Source: an uncultured Gammaproteobacteria bacterium
GTDB taxonomy: Bacteria > Patescibacteriota > Patescibacteriia > SG8-24
Direction of reading: 5' to 3'
DNA length: 64,000 nt
Assembly: GCA_964626205.1 (NCBI GenBank)
Contig: CAZVED010000001.1
Coordinates: 961 to 64,960 of the forward strand
This document shows, in pieces, positions 16,637 through 25,411 of this stretch (the first letter of the stretch is position 1; each line of letters begins with the position of its first letter). Both the position numbers and the translations under genes were made by a program. The notes below the pieces were generated by a model, which did not search any database, was not told where the DNA came from, and saw only the letters and a program-made list of their open reading frames with translations.

Positions 16637-18670
16637 TCACTGCCCAACGGACGAGAGCGTGAAGACGTCCGTGGTAAGCGTCACGACTTCGTCTTTTCCG
16701 TCGCCGTCGATGTCTGCCGAGGAGACGCGCACGCCAGTCCGACTTCGTGCGTCTCCGGCAAAGAAGCCGAGGCTGAGTGCGCGTCCGTACTTGTCGAAGA
16801 CGCGCACGTGCGGACCGCCGCCCGGCCCAGCTCCCGTGACGATTTCGTCTTTACCATCGCCGTCCAGGTCGCCGGCTGCCACATGGACGCCGCCGCGGAA
16901 GGCCGGGTCGTAGGCGAAGAAACCAGGATTGAGGAGCCGCCCGTTCTTGTCGAAGATGCGCACGTGCGGACCGCCGCCAACACCAGCACCGGCAATAATC
17001 TCGTGCGCGCCATTGCCGTCGATATCGCCCAGGGCGATGTTGACGCCGCCACGGAAGCGGGGGTCGTAGGCGAAGAAGCCGGGGTTGATGAGCACGCCAT
17101 CCATATTAAAGACGCGGATCTGCGGGCCGGCACCAGAGCCGGTACCGGTGACGATTTCCATCTTACCGTCGCCCTCAAGATCGCCGACCGCGAAGTTGAT
17201 GCCGAGGCGATAGTTTTCGCCGTACGGCTTGAAGGACGTCTTGAGCCGGCCGTCTGCCCAGTAGATGCGAATCTCCGAGTTCGTCGCAACGACCTTCTCG
17301 AGTGTCCCGGAGACGCCGTCGATATCCGTCACGACCACGTTCGTACCACCGTCAAACGGACCTTCATAGGCAAAGAAGCCGTTTCGGACTTGTGCGCCAG
17401 CCCCGGAATAGACGCGCGCAAAGGCGCCGTTCACGAACGTTCCGCCGACAATGCGCTCTACCGGGCGGGTGAGGACGATGCCGTCGAGGCCGGAGAGCGT
17501 CACCGAGGTGACGATGCTGCCGTCGTTGACGCGCGGGTCTTGTGTGCCGCTGAGCTTTTCCATTTCGATGCCGAGGTCGACGGTTTGCGCACGGTCCGTG
17601 GAGTTCACAAGAACGGTCCCGTTCGTGAAGTCGCGTCGGTACACGCCGCGCTGGAGGTTCCGAGCGTTGGGGGAGAGGAGGTTCACCGGGCCCGAGAGCG
17701 GACGTCCGAGATGGACGCTGTACTCATCGTAGTGCCAGAGCTGGCCGTGGTTCTGGTCGCCGAAGTCGTAGCTGAAGAAGCCTTGGCCGAGGAGTGCGGT
17801 CGTGAGCGTGTAGCGGACATTCGCGTAGTCGGCGTTATTGCCGGAGTTGGACGTATTGCCGTTCACGACGAAGACCGGCGTGTAGCCCACACGATCGTGG
17901 AGGTCGAGGTAGTTTTGCGTGACACCCTCCCACGTACCGCCCGCTTCCCACGGGGTAGGGTAGGTTTCGAACATGCGTCCGTTCACGTGTGGCTGGAGCT
18001 CGCCGGTGGAATCGCCGTTCGTCACGATGACGGCGCTCGCACCCAAAAGGTCGCGGGTGTTCTTGAGCAGGTTCACGGTCGCGCGCTTCCATGCCGTGTC
18101 CGCGAGGTGCGCGTCCGTCCGTGCGCCGGAGCGGTGGATGTCGATGTTGCCGCCGTTCACCCAAGAGATGTTCGCGGAGAGCTCATCGTAGAAGACACCG
18201 TCCCAGAGTCCGGTCGCCATGATCTCGTCTTTCACGAACTGCGGGAGGACGGTCTGCCAGCTCCCGACGGTGTTGATGACCGTCGTTCCCGGCCAGACGG
18301 AGACTGCGCGACCGGACGGGTCGCGGAGCCACATGTCGTCGGTGATGTGCGTGCGGAGTTTCTGGTGGAGCGGATCGACCCAGATGCTGTTCCATGACTT
18401 CGATGGGACGTAGGCGAGGATGAGGACGTTCGGATTCAGGCGGCGGAGTTCGTCGAACATCGCACGGTTGTACACCTGCGCTTCAGCCGGGAAGATGAGG
18501 AGGTCGTAGCGCGCGAGCTGCGGGTAGAGCGCCGGGGTGATGTCCGTTCCAGCACGGAGATAGTAGTTCGCCGTCCGCACGAACTTGTCGTCCGGCGTTT
18601 TGATGGCGGCATCTGCCGACTGTGCGCCGAAGAGCCCCATCGCGATGAGGGGGGCCATGAGCAGTGTCAT
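16637..18670 (-). CDS. secreted glycoside-hydrolase-like (TIM-barrel GHL-type) protein with C-terminal FG-GAP/beta-propeller repeats
   Basis: signal peptide MTLLMAPLIAMGLFGAQSADA; N-terminal roughly 400-aa domain resembling glycoside-hydrolase-like families; four C-terminal repeats FRGGV..A.GD.DGDG..EIVTGAG.GGGPHVR.F; the ORF-track start 18730 lies inside a family-B repeat, so start set at M21 (alternative 18658). Confidence 0.6.
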   Translation of the reverse strand: MTLLMAPLIAMGLFGAQSADAAIKTPDDKFVRTANYYLRAGTDITPALYPQLARYDLLIFPAEAQVYNRAMFDELRRLNPNVLILAYVPSKSWNSIWVDPLHQKLRTHITDDMWLRDPSGRAVSVWPGTTVINTVGSWQTVLPQFVKDEIMATGLWDGVFYDELSANISWVNGGNIDIHRSGARTDAHLADTAWKRATVNLLKNTRDLLGASAVIVTNGDSTGELQPHVNGRMFETYPTPWEAGGTWEGVTQNYLDLHDRVGYTPVFVVNGNTSNSGNNADYANVRYTLTTALLGQGFFSYDFGDQNHGQLWHYDEYSVHLGRPLSGPVNLLSPNARNLQRGVYRRDFTNGTVLVNSTDRAQTVDLGIEMEKLSGTQDPRVNDGSIVTSVTLSGLDGIVLTRPVERIVGGTFVNGAFARVYSGAGAQVRNGFFAYEGPFDGGTNVVVTDIDGVSGTLEKVVATNSEIRIYWADGRLKTSFKPYGENYRLGINFAVGDLEGDGKMEIVTGTGSGAGPQIRVFNMDGVLINPGFFAYDPRFRGGVNIALGDIDGNGAHEIIAGAGVGGGPHVRIFDKNGRLLNPGFFAYDPAFRGGVHVAAGDLDGDGKDEIVTGAGPGGGPHVRVFDKYGRALSLGFFAGDARSRTGVRVSSADIDGDGKDEVVTLTTDVFTLSSVGQ

Positions 18671-18716
18671 TGCGAGGGTCGACGTACTCGTCGGCCCGAA
18701 GCAATCCCGTTGTGGC
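18662..18716 (+). repeat. family-B palindromic arm (single arm)
   Basis: GTCATTGCGAGGGTCGACGTACTCGTCGGCCCGAAGCAATCCCGTTGTGG overlapping the 5' end of gene 16637..18670. Confidence 0.65.
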
Positions 18717-18726
18717 ATGGTGCGCG

Positions 18727-19020
18727 TCATACAGCTTCCTTTTCACGCTCTCGCTCCAACGCCTTCGGGTTGGGGGAGTAGAGTCGGTTCTTGATCTTCC
18801 ACTGGCTCACGAACTGACCGATACCATCCTTGGCGACCTTGGTGCGGACCTTGGGGCGTTCTTGTGACCAGCGCACGAGGCTCTCGAAATTGATCTTGTA
18901 CCGACCGCGCACGACGACGTACGTCAAAGCGCCGTCCGCGATGGCGCGGCGGACGGTCTTGGTGGAAACACCGAAGAGCCTCGATGCTTCAGAGACGGAG
19001 ACACGGATGAGTGAGGACAT
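18727..19020 (-). CDS. small helix-turn-helix DNA-binding protein (excisionase/MerR-like)
   Basis: 97 aa; N-terminal VSEASRLFGVSTKTVRRAIADGAL HTH; flanked by family-B arms at 18662 and 19031. Confidence 0.5.
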   Translation of the reverse strand: MSSLIRVSVSEASRLFGVSTKTVRRAIADGALTYVVVRGRYKINFESLVRWSQERPKVRTKVAKDGIGQFVSQWKIKNRLYSPNPKALEREREKEAV

Positions 19021-19030
19021 GTGAGAGGTG

Positions 19031-19200
19031 TGTCATTGCGAGGCCTGAAAGGCCGAAGCAACCCCGTTGAATCAGGAGAAGTATATCACGTTAAACTGAA
19101 TGCTTCATACCACGAAGATCCTTATTTGTCAAGAATAGTGTAGACAAATATCTTGAAATTGGACGGGATTGCTTCGGGCCTAAAGGCCCTCGCAATGACA
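19031..19200. repeat. family-B composite element: two inverted arms flanking a 95-bp AT-rich core
   Basis: TGTCATTGCGAGGCCTGAAAGGCCGAAGCAACCCC (19031-19065) ... GGGATTGCTTCGGGCCTAAAGGCCCTCGCAATGACA (19163-19198); core much lower in GC than its surroundings. Confidence 0.7.
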
Positions 19201-19352
19201 CGGTGGGCACCCGCGTTACCATTTCCACCCCACCAACGTAGAAGCATGGTCGCCGCAAAACCGTCACGGTGACTTCATGTCAGGAGAAGAACTGCAGCGG
19301 AACATCATTGCCGACACCTGCCTTAATCGCGCTCAAAAGCACCCCTGTCCAC

Positions 19353-19381
19353 TTCACAGTTTCATCGCGCGCGCCTATACT
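19353..19381 (+). promoter_or_regulatory. candidate sigma-70-type promoter (TTCACA-17-TATACT) for the ECF sigma gene
   Basis: TTCACA at 19353-19358, 17-nt spacer, TATACT at 19376-19381; about 105 nt upstream of the ATG at 19488. Confidence 0.3.
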
Positions 19382-19487
19382 AGGTTGGATTCACGGGCAT
19401 CTGACTCCGCAAAAGAGTACGGCTGATCCCGCTCCTCTAGGCTAAAGCGAAACTGTAACACTTCACCACGTCCCAACGTCTAAGTGC

Positions 19488-20087
19488 ATGCAGAGTCGTT
19501 TAAAAGAAAAGTTCCTGCTCTTCCGCATCCGCGCGAAGAAAGACCCGGACGCATTCGGGGAGGTGTACGACATGTACGTCACCCGCATCTACCGGTTCAT
19601 CTACTTCAAAGTGGCATCGGCTGAGCAGGCCGAGGATCTCACTTCCGAGACCTTCCTCAAAGCGTGGCAGTACCTCATGGAGCGCCGCGACGTGCAGAGC
19701 CTTCAAGCGCTCTTGTACACGGTCGCGAAGAACGTCGTCATCGACCATTACCGGCACACGGCGCGCGAGCGCGGCGACACCGGATTGGACGGCATCGTGG
19801 AAACGATGGGCGATGCGCACAGTGAGAAGCTGCTCAAGGACATCGAGACTCACTTCGATGCCACGCAAGTGCTGGAGAAACTCCGCGGACTCAAAGACGA
19901 GTACCGCGACGTCATCGTCATGAAATACTTTGACGAGCTCAGCACGGGAGAGATCGCAAGCATCCTCGGAAAATCCGCAGCCAACGTCAGGGTCATCCTT
20001 CATCGGGCGACCAAGATGCTCGGCGATGCGGTCCGAGAACATGACCAACAAGAAGCTCGACACAATCCTGGGTCAGATAAAGAATGA
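19488..20087 (+). CDS. ECF-type RNA polymerase sigma factor (sigma-70 family)
   Basis: region 2 (ETFLKAWQYLMERRDVQSLQALLYTVAKNVVIDHYR) and region 4 (YRDVIVMKYFDELSTGEIASILGKSAANVRVILHRATKML). Confidence 0.8.
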   Translation: MQSRLKEKFLLFRIRAKKDPDAFGEVYDMYVTRIYRFIYFKVASAEQAEDLTSETFLKAWQYLMERRDVQSLQALLYTVAKNVVIDHYRHTARERGDTGLDGIVETMGDAHSEKLLKDIETHFDATQVLEKLRGLKDEYRDVIVMKYFDELSTGEIASILGKSAANVRVILHRATKMLGDAVREHDQQEARHNPGSDKE

Positions 20088-21096
20088 ACGGCGAGGCGGT
20101 GCCCCGCACGCTGATTGGGTTTCGCGCAACAAAGAAGTGTTGATGATGCAGGTCCGCAATACGACGGACGCATCCGCGAAGAATCCGATGGGCGTGGTAG
20201 CGAGGCACCTTTTTGCTACCTTCTTCCCGTCCGAGCAACTTTCCATGGCCGCACGCGCGTTCGGCGTGTTTGTGCTTGCCGGTGGCATCGTGCTCTCCGG
20301 CGGTGTCGCGACTGCGCAGCTTTACGGCGACGCGGTCCCGGGCGACCTCGCCTACGGCATGAAGACCGCCATCGAAAAGACGCAGCTTGTTCTCGCACCG
20401 AACGACTCTTATAAGATGCACCTCCTCACGGACTTCTCCGACCGCCGCATGGACGAGATCGCGCGGCTCGCCGAAGGCTCCGGTTCCCAGCAGGCGCTCA
20501 TCCCGGGTGTACTCACGTCGTTCGAGAAGAACGTCATCGCCATGCAGACGAGCATCGAGGGTATGCGCGCCTCCGACCCGGAGAACGTCATCGAGACGGC
20601 CAAGCTCATGGAGCGCAAGATGGTCGTCTACCACAACGCCCTTCGTAAGGCGTCTGCGTCGGTACCATCGGATATCCGCATCCACCTCGCGCTCACGGGT
20701 AACCTCGTCGACGACGGCATGGTCACGGCGCTTGCGATGATCGTCGAAGCGCACTTGGCGGGGAACGAAAGGGCTCCGGGCTCAGTGCTCACTTCCAAGT
20801 TCGAGTCTCGCATCCGGCAGGCCGAAGAAGCGCTTGCCACGGTCGAAGAAGCCGCCGCAGCGCCGGCAACGGCCGCGAACAAACAGAAAGCGCAGCAAGC
20901 CATCGCCGCTGCCAAGGAGCTGGTGCAAAAGGAGGAATACCAGGCCGCGCTCCTCAAGATTGAAGAAATCGCCCAGCTCACAAAAGAAGAGCCGCCGGTC
21001 GAGGAAGAGGTTGTAACGCCCGAAGAACCGGTAACGGAAGCACCGCCCGAAACGTCTACTATAGAAGAGCCCCCCGAGAGTCCACCAGCGGAGTAG
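20041..21096 (+). CDS. membrane-anchored DUF5667-type protein, putative anti-sigma factor (paralogue of 191..1873)
   Basis: cytoplasmic N-terminus, TM (AFGVFVLAGGIVLSGGVATA), GDAVPGDLAYGMKTAIEKTQ motif as in the 191..1873 protein, C-terminal coiled-coil and Pro/Glu-rich tail; start at ATG 20041 overlapping the sigma gene by 47 nt (ORF-track start 19930 is antisense read-through). Confidence 0.6.
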   Translation: MTNKKLDTILGQIKNERRGGAPHADWVSRNKEVLMMQVRNTTDASAKNPMGVVARHLFATFFPSEQLSMAARAFGVFVLAGGIVLSGGVATAQLYGDAVPGDLAYGMKTAIEKTQLVLAPNDSYKMHLLTDFSDRRMDEIARLAEGSGSQQALIPGVLTSFEKNVIAMQTSIEGMRASDPENVIETAKLMERKMVVYHNALRKASASVPSDIRIHLALTGNLVDDGMVTALAMIVEAHLAGNERAPGSVLTSKFESRIRQAEEALATVEEAAAAPATAANKQKAQQAIAAAKELVQKEEYQAALLKIEEIAQLTKEEPPVEEEVVTPEEPVTEAPPETSTIEEPPESPPAE

Positions 21097-21191
21097 TGTC
21101 ATTGCGAGCGGGCCGTACCCGGCCCCGAAGCAATCCCGAACATGAACGGGATTGCCGCGGGCCGACGAGTACGTCGACCCTCGCAATGACA
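21097..21191. repeat. family-B palindromic element (two inverted arms, 9-bp core)
   Basis: TGTCATTGCGAGCGGGCCGTACCCGGCCCCGAAGCAATCCCG-aacatgaac-GGGATTGCCGCGGGCC...CCCTCGCAATGACA, immediately after the stop at 21096. Confidence 0.7.
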
Positions 21192-21285
21192 AAGTAGGGA
21201 AGCCGTCGCCACGCCCACAGTGCCACAGAGTAGGAAAGGTTCCTTCACAATCGAGTCCAGCCCCCACACCGTTTCCCGAGTGATG

Positions 21286-21323
21286 TGTCATTGCGAGGCC
21301 CGAAGGGCCGAAGCAATCCCGTC
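21286..21323 (+). repeat. family-B palindromic arm (single arm)
   Basis: TGTCATTGCGAGGCCCGAAGGGCCGAAGCAATCCCGTC. Confidence 0.6.
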
Positions 21324-21531
21324 GAAGACTCGGAGAACGATGCGGGGTCTGGCGCCCGTATAAAGGACCGATGATGCTTTCGGTCCTCATATGGTCGCTA
21401 TGGCCTGTATATCCAGACTCTCCGCATGCCCACCGAAAGGTCGAATCCACGCAAGTGGATGTGGCATGTTCACACCAAAGGGTTTCCGCAATTTAAGCGG
21501 ACCTCCTACTACTAGAAAAGGAAAATAAGAT

Positions 21532-24500
21532 ATGACAGACGTAATGAAAATGAGCCGGAAGGCCTTTTCGATCGGTGTCGTCGCTCTGACGGTTGCCTGG
21601 TCGATCGGTCTCTCCGCCCTCCTCGCTCCGCTCGCTTCGAGCGCTGCAGTGTCGGGTTCGCTCATCAAGGCTTCCATGCCGGCCGTGTACTACATGGGCT
21701 CGGATGGCAAGCGCTATGTGTTCCCGAACGAAAAGACCTACTTCTCTTGGTACGCGGATTTCTCCGCTGTCCAGGTCATCACGGATTCGGAGCTCGCCTC
21801 CCTTCCGATCGGTGGCAACGTCACGTACCGCCCGGGTGTTCGCATGGTGAAGATCCAGACTGATCCGAAGGTGTACGCAGTTGACTCTCATGGTGTCCTT
21901 CGCTGGATCACCTCTGAGGCGGCAGCTGTCGCTCTCTACGGTTCCGCTTGGAACACCATGGTTCACGATGTCTCGGATGCGTTCTTCACCAACTACACGG
22001 TTGGCGCAGACGTCTCCGGTCCGTCGGACTTCAACCCGGGTGCCGCAACGGCAGCCGCAACATCCATCAACCAGGACAAGAACCTCTCAACGGGTTCTGC
22101 CGCTGGCCTCAGCGTCTCCAAGGCGTCTGACTCCCCGATGGGTGCCACCCTTCCGCTCGGCGCGATGGGTGTCAACTTCGTCAAGTTCAACGTCATGAAC
22201 GGCGGTTCTTCCGCTGCTATGCTCTCCTCGCTCACGGTCATGCGTTCCGGCCCTGGCTATGCCAGCGACTTCGACGCGGTGTACGTGTACCGCGGCTCCG
22301 AGCGTTTGACGACCGGCCGCTCGATCAACTCCTCGTCCAACGAGGCGACGTTCAGCGGTTTGAACCTCTCGATCCCGGCGGGCGGCTCCGTCTCCCTCTG
22401 GATCGCGGGTGACATCTCCACGTCCGCTTTCGCAGGCAACGTGAACGCGCTCTCCGTGAGCAGCGTCATGGTTGGCAGCAGCTCCGTGTCCGGCACGCCG
22501 GTCATGGGCTCTTCCTTCAGCCTCGCAGGTGCAACGGTCGGTGAAATTGACATCGAGCGCACTGGCGGCTCCACCCTTGCCAACATCAAGGCAGGTGGTC
22601 TCGCGCAGCGCGTCGCATCGTTCCGTCTCACGGCCGGCAATCAGGAGGACCTCGATGTCCACTCTGTCGCGCTCACCTTCGGTGGTAACCTGAACCGTGC
22701 TCACCTCTCCAACTTCGTGCTCAAGCAGAGTGGCTCCACGCTCGCGTCGATCCCGTCCATCTCGGACAAGGACCTCGTGACGTTCGCCTTCTCGAGCCCG
22801 ATGTTCATGGAGAAGGGCGCTCAGCGCACCTTCGATGTGTTCGCGGATGTGAACGCAGGCGCTCGCTCCGGCGATGAGGTTGCGTTCTATGTCGATGTCA
22901 ACGCGGATGTCCGCGCCATGGGCCGCACCTACGGCTTCGGTGTGATGACGACCATTGACGCCACGTTCGACGCGTCCACCGATCAGGTGGCAACGGTCGA
23001 AGCAGGCAAGCTCACCACCACCTTCAATGGCCCGGCCTCCAAGGACGTGCTCGCGAACGGCAAGGATGTCGAGCTCTTCAACTTCACGGTCGCGGCTCAG
23101 GCCAACCTGGAGTTCCGCGAGGTCACGCTCGCACTTGACACCAACGGTGGCGACCCTCTCAACACCGTAGTCAGCGACATCAAGATCGTTGACACGGCCA
23201 ATGGTGCTATCGTTGCTGGTCCGACGGATGGCGGCGCAAGCTGCGTCCTCACGGCCAACACGGGTACGTGCGCCTTCTCGGAGACTTGGAACCTCGCGAG
23301 CGGCCAGTCGCGCACCTTCAAGGTGACGGCTGACATCAACTCCGCTGCGAATGGTGATGAAATTCGCGTGACGCTCGGCTCCGGCCAGTTGTTCGCGAAC
23401 AGCAAGGTCCGCAACTTGGACAACAACACCTACCTCGGCGCGTCCGACATGGTTCCGTCCACGGTGCTTGGAGGTAACATCCACACGGTGACCGACTCCG
23501 GTCTCACGGTTGGTAACGCCTCGACACCGGTTGCTCAGACCTACATCAAGGGCTCCTCGGACATCGCGCTCGCAGGCTGGTCCTTCACGGCAGCTGACGC
23601 TGCCCCGGTTCGCTTGAACTCGATCACGGTAGACTGTACCGCTGACGATGACAGCACGGTGAACGAGAAGGACGAGCTGTGCAACAGCGTTGTGCAGACA
23701 GTGAGGCTCATGAACGGTGCGACCCAGGTCGGCGTCACTGCCAGCCCGGATTCGTCCGACAGCATCCGCTTCGACAACCTCAATCTCACCATCAATGGTG
23801 GACAGAGCATGACGCTTGTGCTCATGGGCACGCTCTCCAGCTCTGCTCCGACCACGACCTACCTCGGGTTCGAGATTGAAGATGTTGATGTCACTGATGC
23901 TGACGGTGGTACGGTAAGCGACTCTGGCGTTCCTACGGCCATGAGCGCACTTATGACCGTCGCCGCGCAGGGCTCCGTCACGCTCGTCAACGCCCCAGTT
24001 GATATTGAGTCTGAGCCGAGCCTCGTTATCGGTGGCTCGTCGAACGTCGTGCTCGGTAAGTACCGCATGACCGCTCAGGACGAAGAGCTTCGCCTGTCGA
24101 AGGTGCAGTTCAGCGTCGCTACCCCGGCTGGTATTTCAACGGTGTCGCTCCACGATGGCGCAACGCTCGTTGGCGGTCCGGTCAGTGTGGTTGGCGGCCT
24201 CGCCACCTTCTCTTCGGTGAACTTCGTTGTTCCGAAGGACACGTCCAAGACCCTCACGGTCAAGGCGAACCTCAACACCGTCTCGCCGACCACTTCCGGT
24301 CCGCAGCCGATGGACCCGGTGACCATCACGATGCTTGATGCCAACCTCGAGATCCGCGGAACGTCCGCTGGTTCGGGCACGACCATCGTCTCCGCTGGTA
24401 CGGGCGACCCACTGGCCGGCAACCTCGCGGCCTACGGTAAGTTCATCGTGAAGTCCAAGCCGACGGTTGAAGTCGTGAGCGGTGACAAGGTGCTGGTCAA

Positions 24501-24945
24501 CAGCGCTGCCGCGAACGTCCTCACCCTTACGGTCTCGGCCGACACGGCTGGTCCGGTGGCGTTCCAGACCCTCGAGTTCACGGTGAACGACGACACGAAC
24601 CTCGGTGTCCTCGCCTGCTCGGGCACTGAGTCCAGCGTCTTCACGGCCAGCAACAACCAGGTTGTTGTCGGTAACTGTGACCTCACTGGCTCGTCTCTCA
24701 CCATCGACTTCACCGACGAACAGGTGGTCAACGCAGGAACCGCGAAGTCCTACTACCTCATGCTCAACATCTCGGGCACGGCAGATGGCGACTCGGTCAG
24801 CGTTGTTCTCGAGAGCACTGGCTTCGGCTGGTCTGATTACTCGGCTGTCGGTCACGACACGACGGGTATGACGGGTGCTGACTGGTTCACGGATGGTGAC
24901 TACGTCAAGTACCTTCCGTCCACGGCTCGCACGCTCTCCCGCTAA
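21532..24945 (+). CDS. large secreted surface protein: conserved ~110-aa N-terminal domain (YYxGxDGKRYxFPN...DPKVYAV...LRWI) plus tandem Ig-like beta-sandwich repeats
   Basis: signal peptide; N-terminal domain shared with 25412, 26892 and 28316 genes; more than 900 aa of Thr/Ser/Gly/Val-rich repeats; good RBS (AAAAGGAAAATAAGATATG). Confidence 0.65.
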   Translation: MTDVMKMSRKAFSIGVVALTVAWSIGLSALLAPLASSAAVSGSLIKASMPAVYYMGSDGKRYVFPNEKTYFSWYADFSAVQVITDSELASLPIGGNVTYRPGVRMVKIQTDPKVYAVDSHGVLRWITSEAAAVALYGSAWNTMVHDVSDAFFTNYTVGADVSGPSDFNPGAATAAATSINQDKNLSTGSAAGLSVSKASDSPMGATLPLGAMGVNFVKFNVMNGGSSAAMLSSLTVMRSGPGYASDFDAVYVYRGSERLTTGRSINSSSNEATFSGLNLSIPAGGSVSLWIAGDISTSAFAGNVNALSVSSVMVGSSSVSGTPVMGSSFSLAGATVGEIDIERTGGSTLANIKAGGLAQRVASFRLTAGNQEDLDVHSVALTFGGNLNRAHLSNFVLKQSGSTLASIPSISDKDLVTFAFSSPMFMEKGAQRTFDVFADVNAGARSGDEVAFYVDVNADVRAMGRTYGFGVMTTIDATFDASTDQVATVEAGKLTTTFNGPASKDVLANGKDVELFNFTVAAQANLEFREVTLALDTNGGDPLNTVVSDIKIVDTANGAIVAGPTDGGASCVLTANTGTCAFSETWNLASGQSRTFKVTADINSAANGDEIRVTLGSGQLFANSKVRNLDNNTYLGASDMVPSTVLGGNIHTVTDSGLTVGNASTPVAQTYIKGSSDIALAGWSFTAADAAPVRLNSITVDCTADDDSTVNEKDELCNSVVQTVRLMNGATQVGVTASPDSSDSIRFDNLNLTINGGQSMTLVLMGTLSSSAPTTTYLGFEIEDVDVTDADGGTVSDSGVPTAMSALMTVAAQGSVTLVNAPVDIESEPSLVIGGSSNVVLGKYRMTAQDEELRLSKVQFSVATPAGISTVSLHDGATLVGGPVSVVGGLATFSSVNFVVPKDTSKTLTVKANLNTVSPTTSGPQPMDPVTITMLDANLEIRGTSAGSGTTIVSAGTGDPLAGNLAAYGKFIVKSKPTVEVVSGDKVLVNSAAANVLTLTVSADTAGPVAFQTLEFTVNDDTNLGVLACSGTESSVFTASNNQVVVGNCDLTGSSLTIDFTDEQVVNAGTAKSYYLMLNISGTADGDSVSVVLESTGFGWSDYSAVGHDTTGMTGADWFTDGDYVKYLPSTARTLSR

Positions 24946-25054
24946 TTCCTTTCTCGCCTTGGAGCTCAGGTTCGCCTGAGCTCCGGGCAGAACGGTTTTC
25001 CGGAACGTGCTCCCGCTCGTGTACGAACCGGACAGCAGGAAAGCAAAACAAACA

Positions 25055-25087
25055 CCCCGCCTTTACTGGCGGGGTTTTGTTTTTTGG
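25055..25087 (+). terminator. rho-independent terminator
   Basis: CCCCGCC-tttact-GGCGGGG followed by TTTTGTTTTTT. Confidence 0.6.
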
Positions 25088-25170
25088 GGTCTTGTAGGTT
25101 TTTCGCGCATCACCTAGGTTCCGCATCGCCTCGACATCCAATCTTATTCTTCTGTACACTAACGTCATCT

Positions 25171-25398
25171 ATGAATGAAGATCTCATCATCCAAAAGCTC
25201 ATTGAGCTCGACCATAAGGTCGGCACGCTTGCCACGCAGGGGAGCGTTGACGCGAGGTTTGACGATGTCATGGCGACTCTCGACTCGCACACCGCCATGT
25301 TACAGCGCCTCGACCACGAGCGCGTGTTCACGTTTGAGCGGGTGAAGCGCATCGAAGACGACGTGCGCGGGCTGAAGACGCATTTGGGGGTGGTATGA
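25171..25398 (+). CDS. small (75 aa) coiled-coil hypothetical protein
   Basis: MNEDLIIQKLIELDHKVGTLATQ... heptad-like; starts 14 nt upstream of gene 25412; no antisense gene. Confidence 0.3.
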   Translation: MNEDLIIQKLIELDHKVGTLATQGSVDARFDDVMATLDSHTAMLQRLDHERVFTFERVKRIEDDVRGLKTHLGVV

Positions 25399-25411
25399 CA
25401 AAACCCCGCAG

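Noticed and set aside
16808-18397. 529-aa plus-strand ORF opposite the FG-GAP protein gene
   Set aside because: The minus strand encodes regular FG-GAP repeats and a signal peptide. The plus ORF is Arg/Asp/Val-rich noise.
18664-18867. 67-aa ORF MSLRGSTYSSARSNPVVAWC..., and similar peptides inside ORF 20782..21450 (minus)
   Set aside because: These are translations of family-B palindromic repeat arms, not conserved proteins.
22087-23484. 465-aa minus-strand ORF inside the 1137-aa surface protein gene
   Set aside because: Antisense ORF in a GC-rich repetitive gene, with no features.
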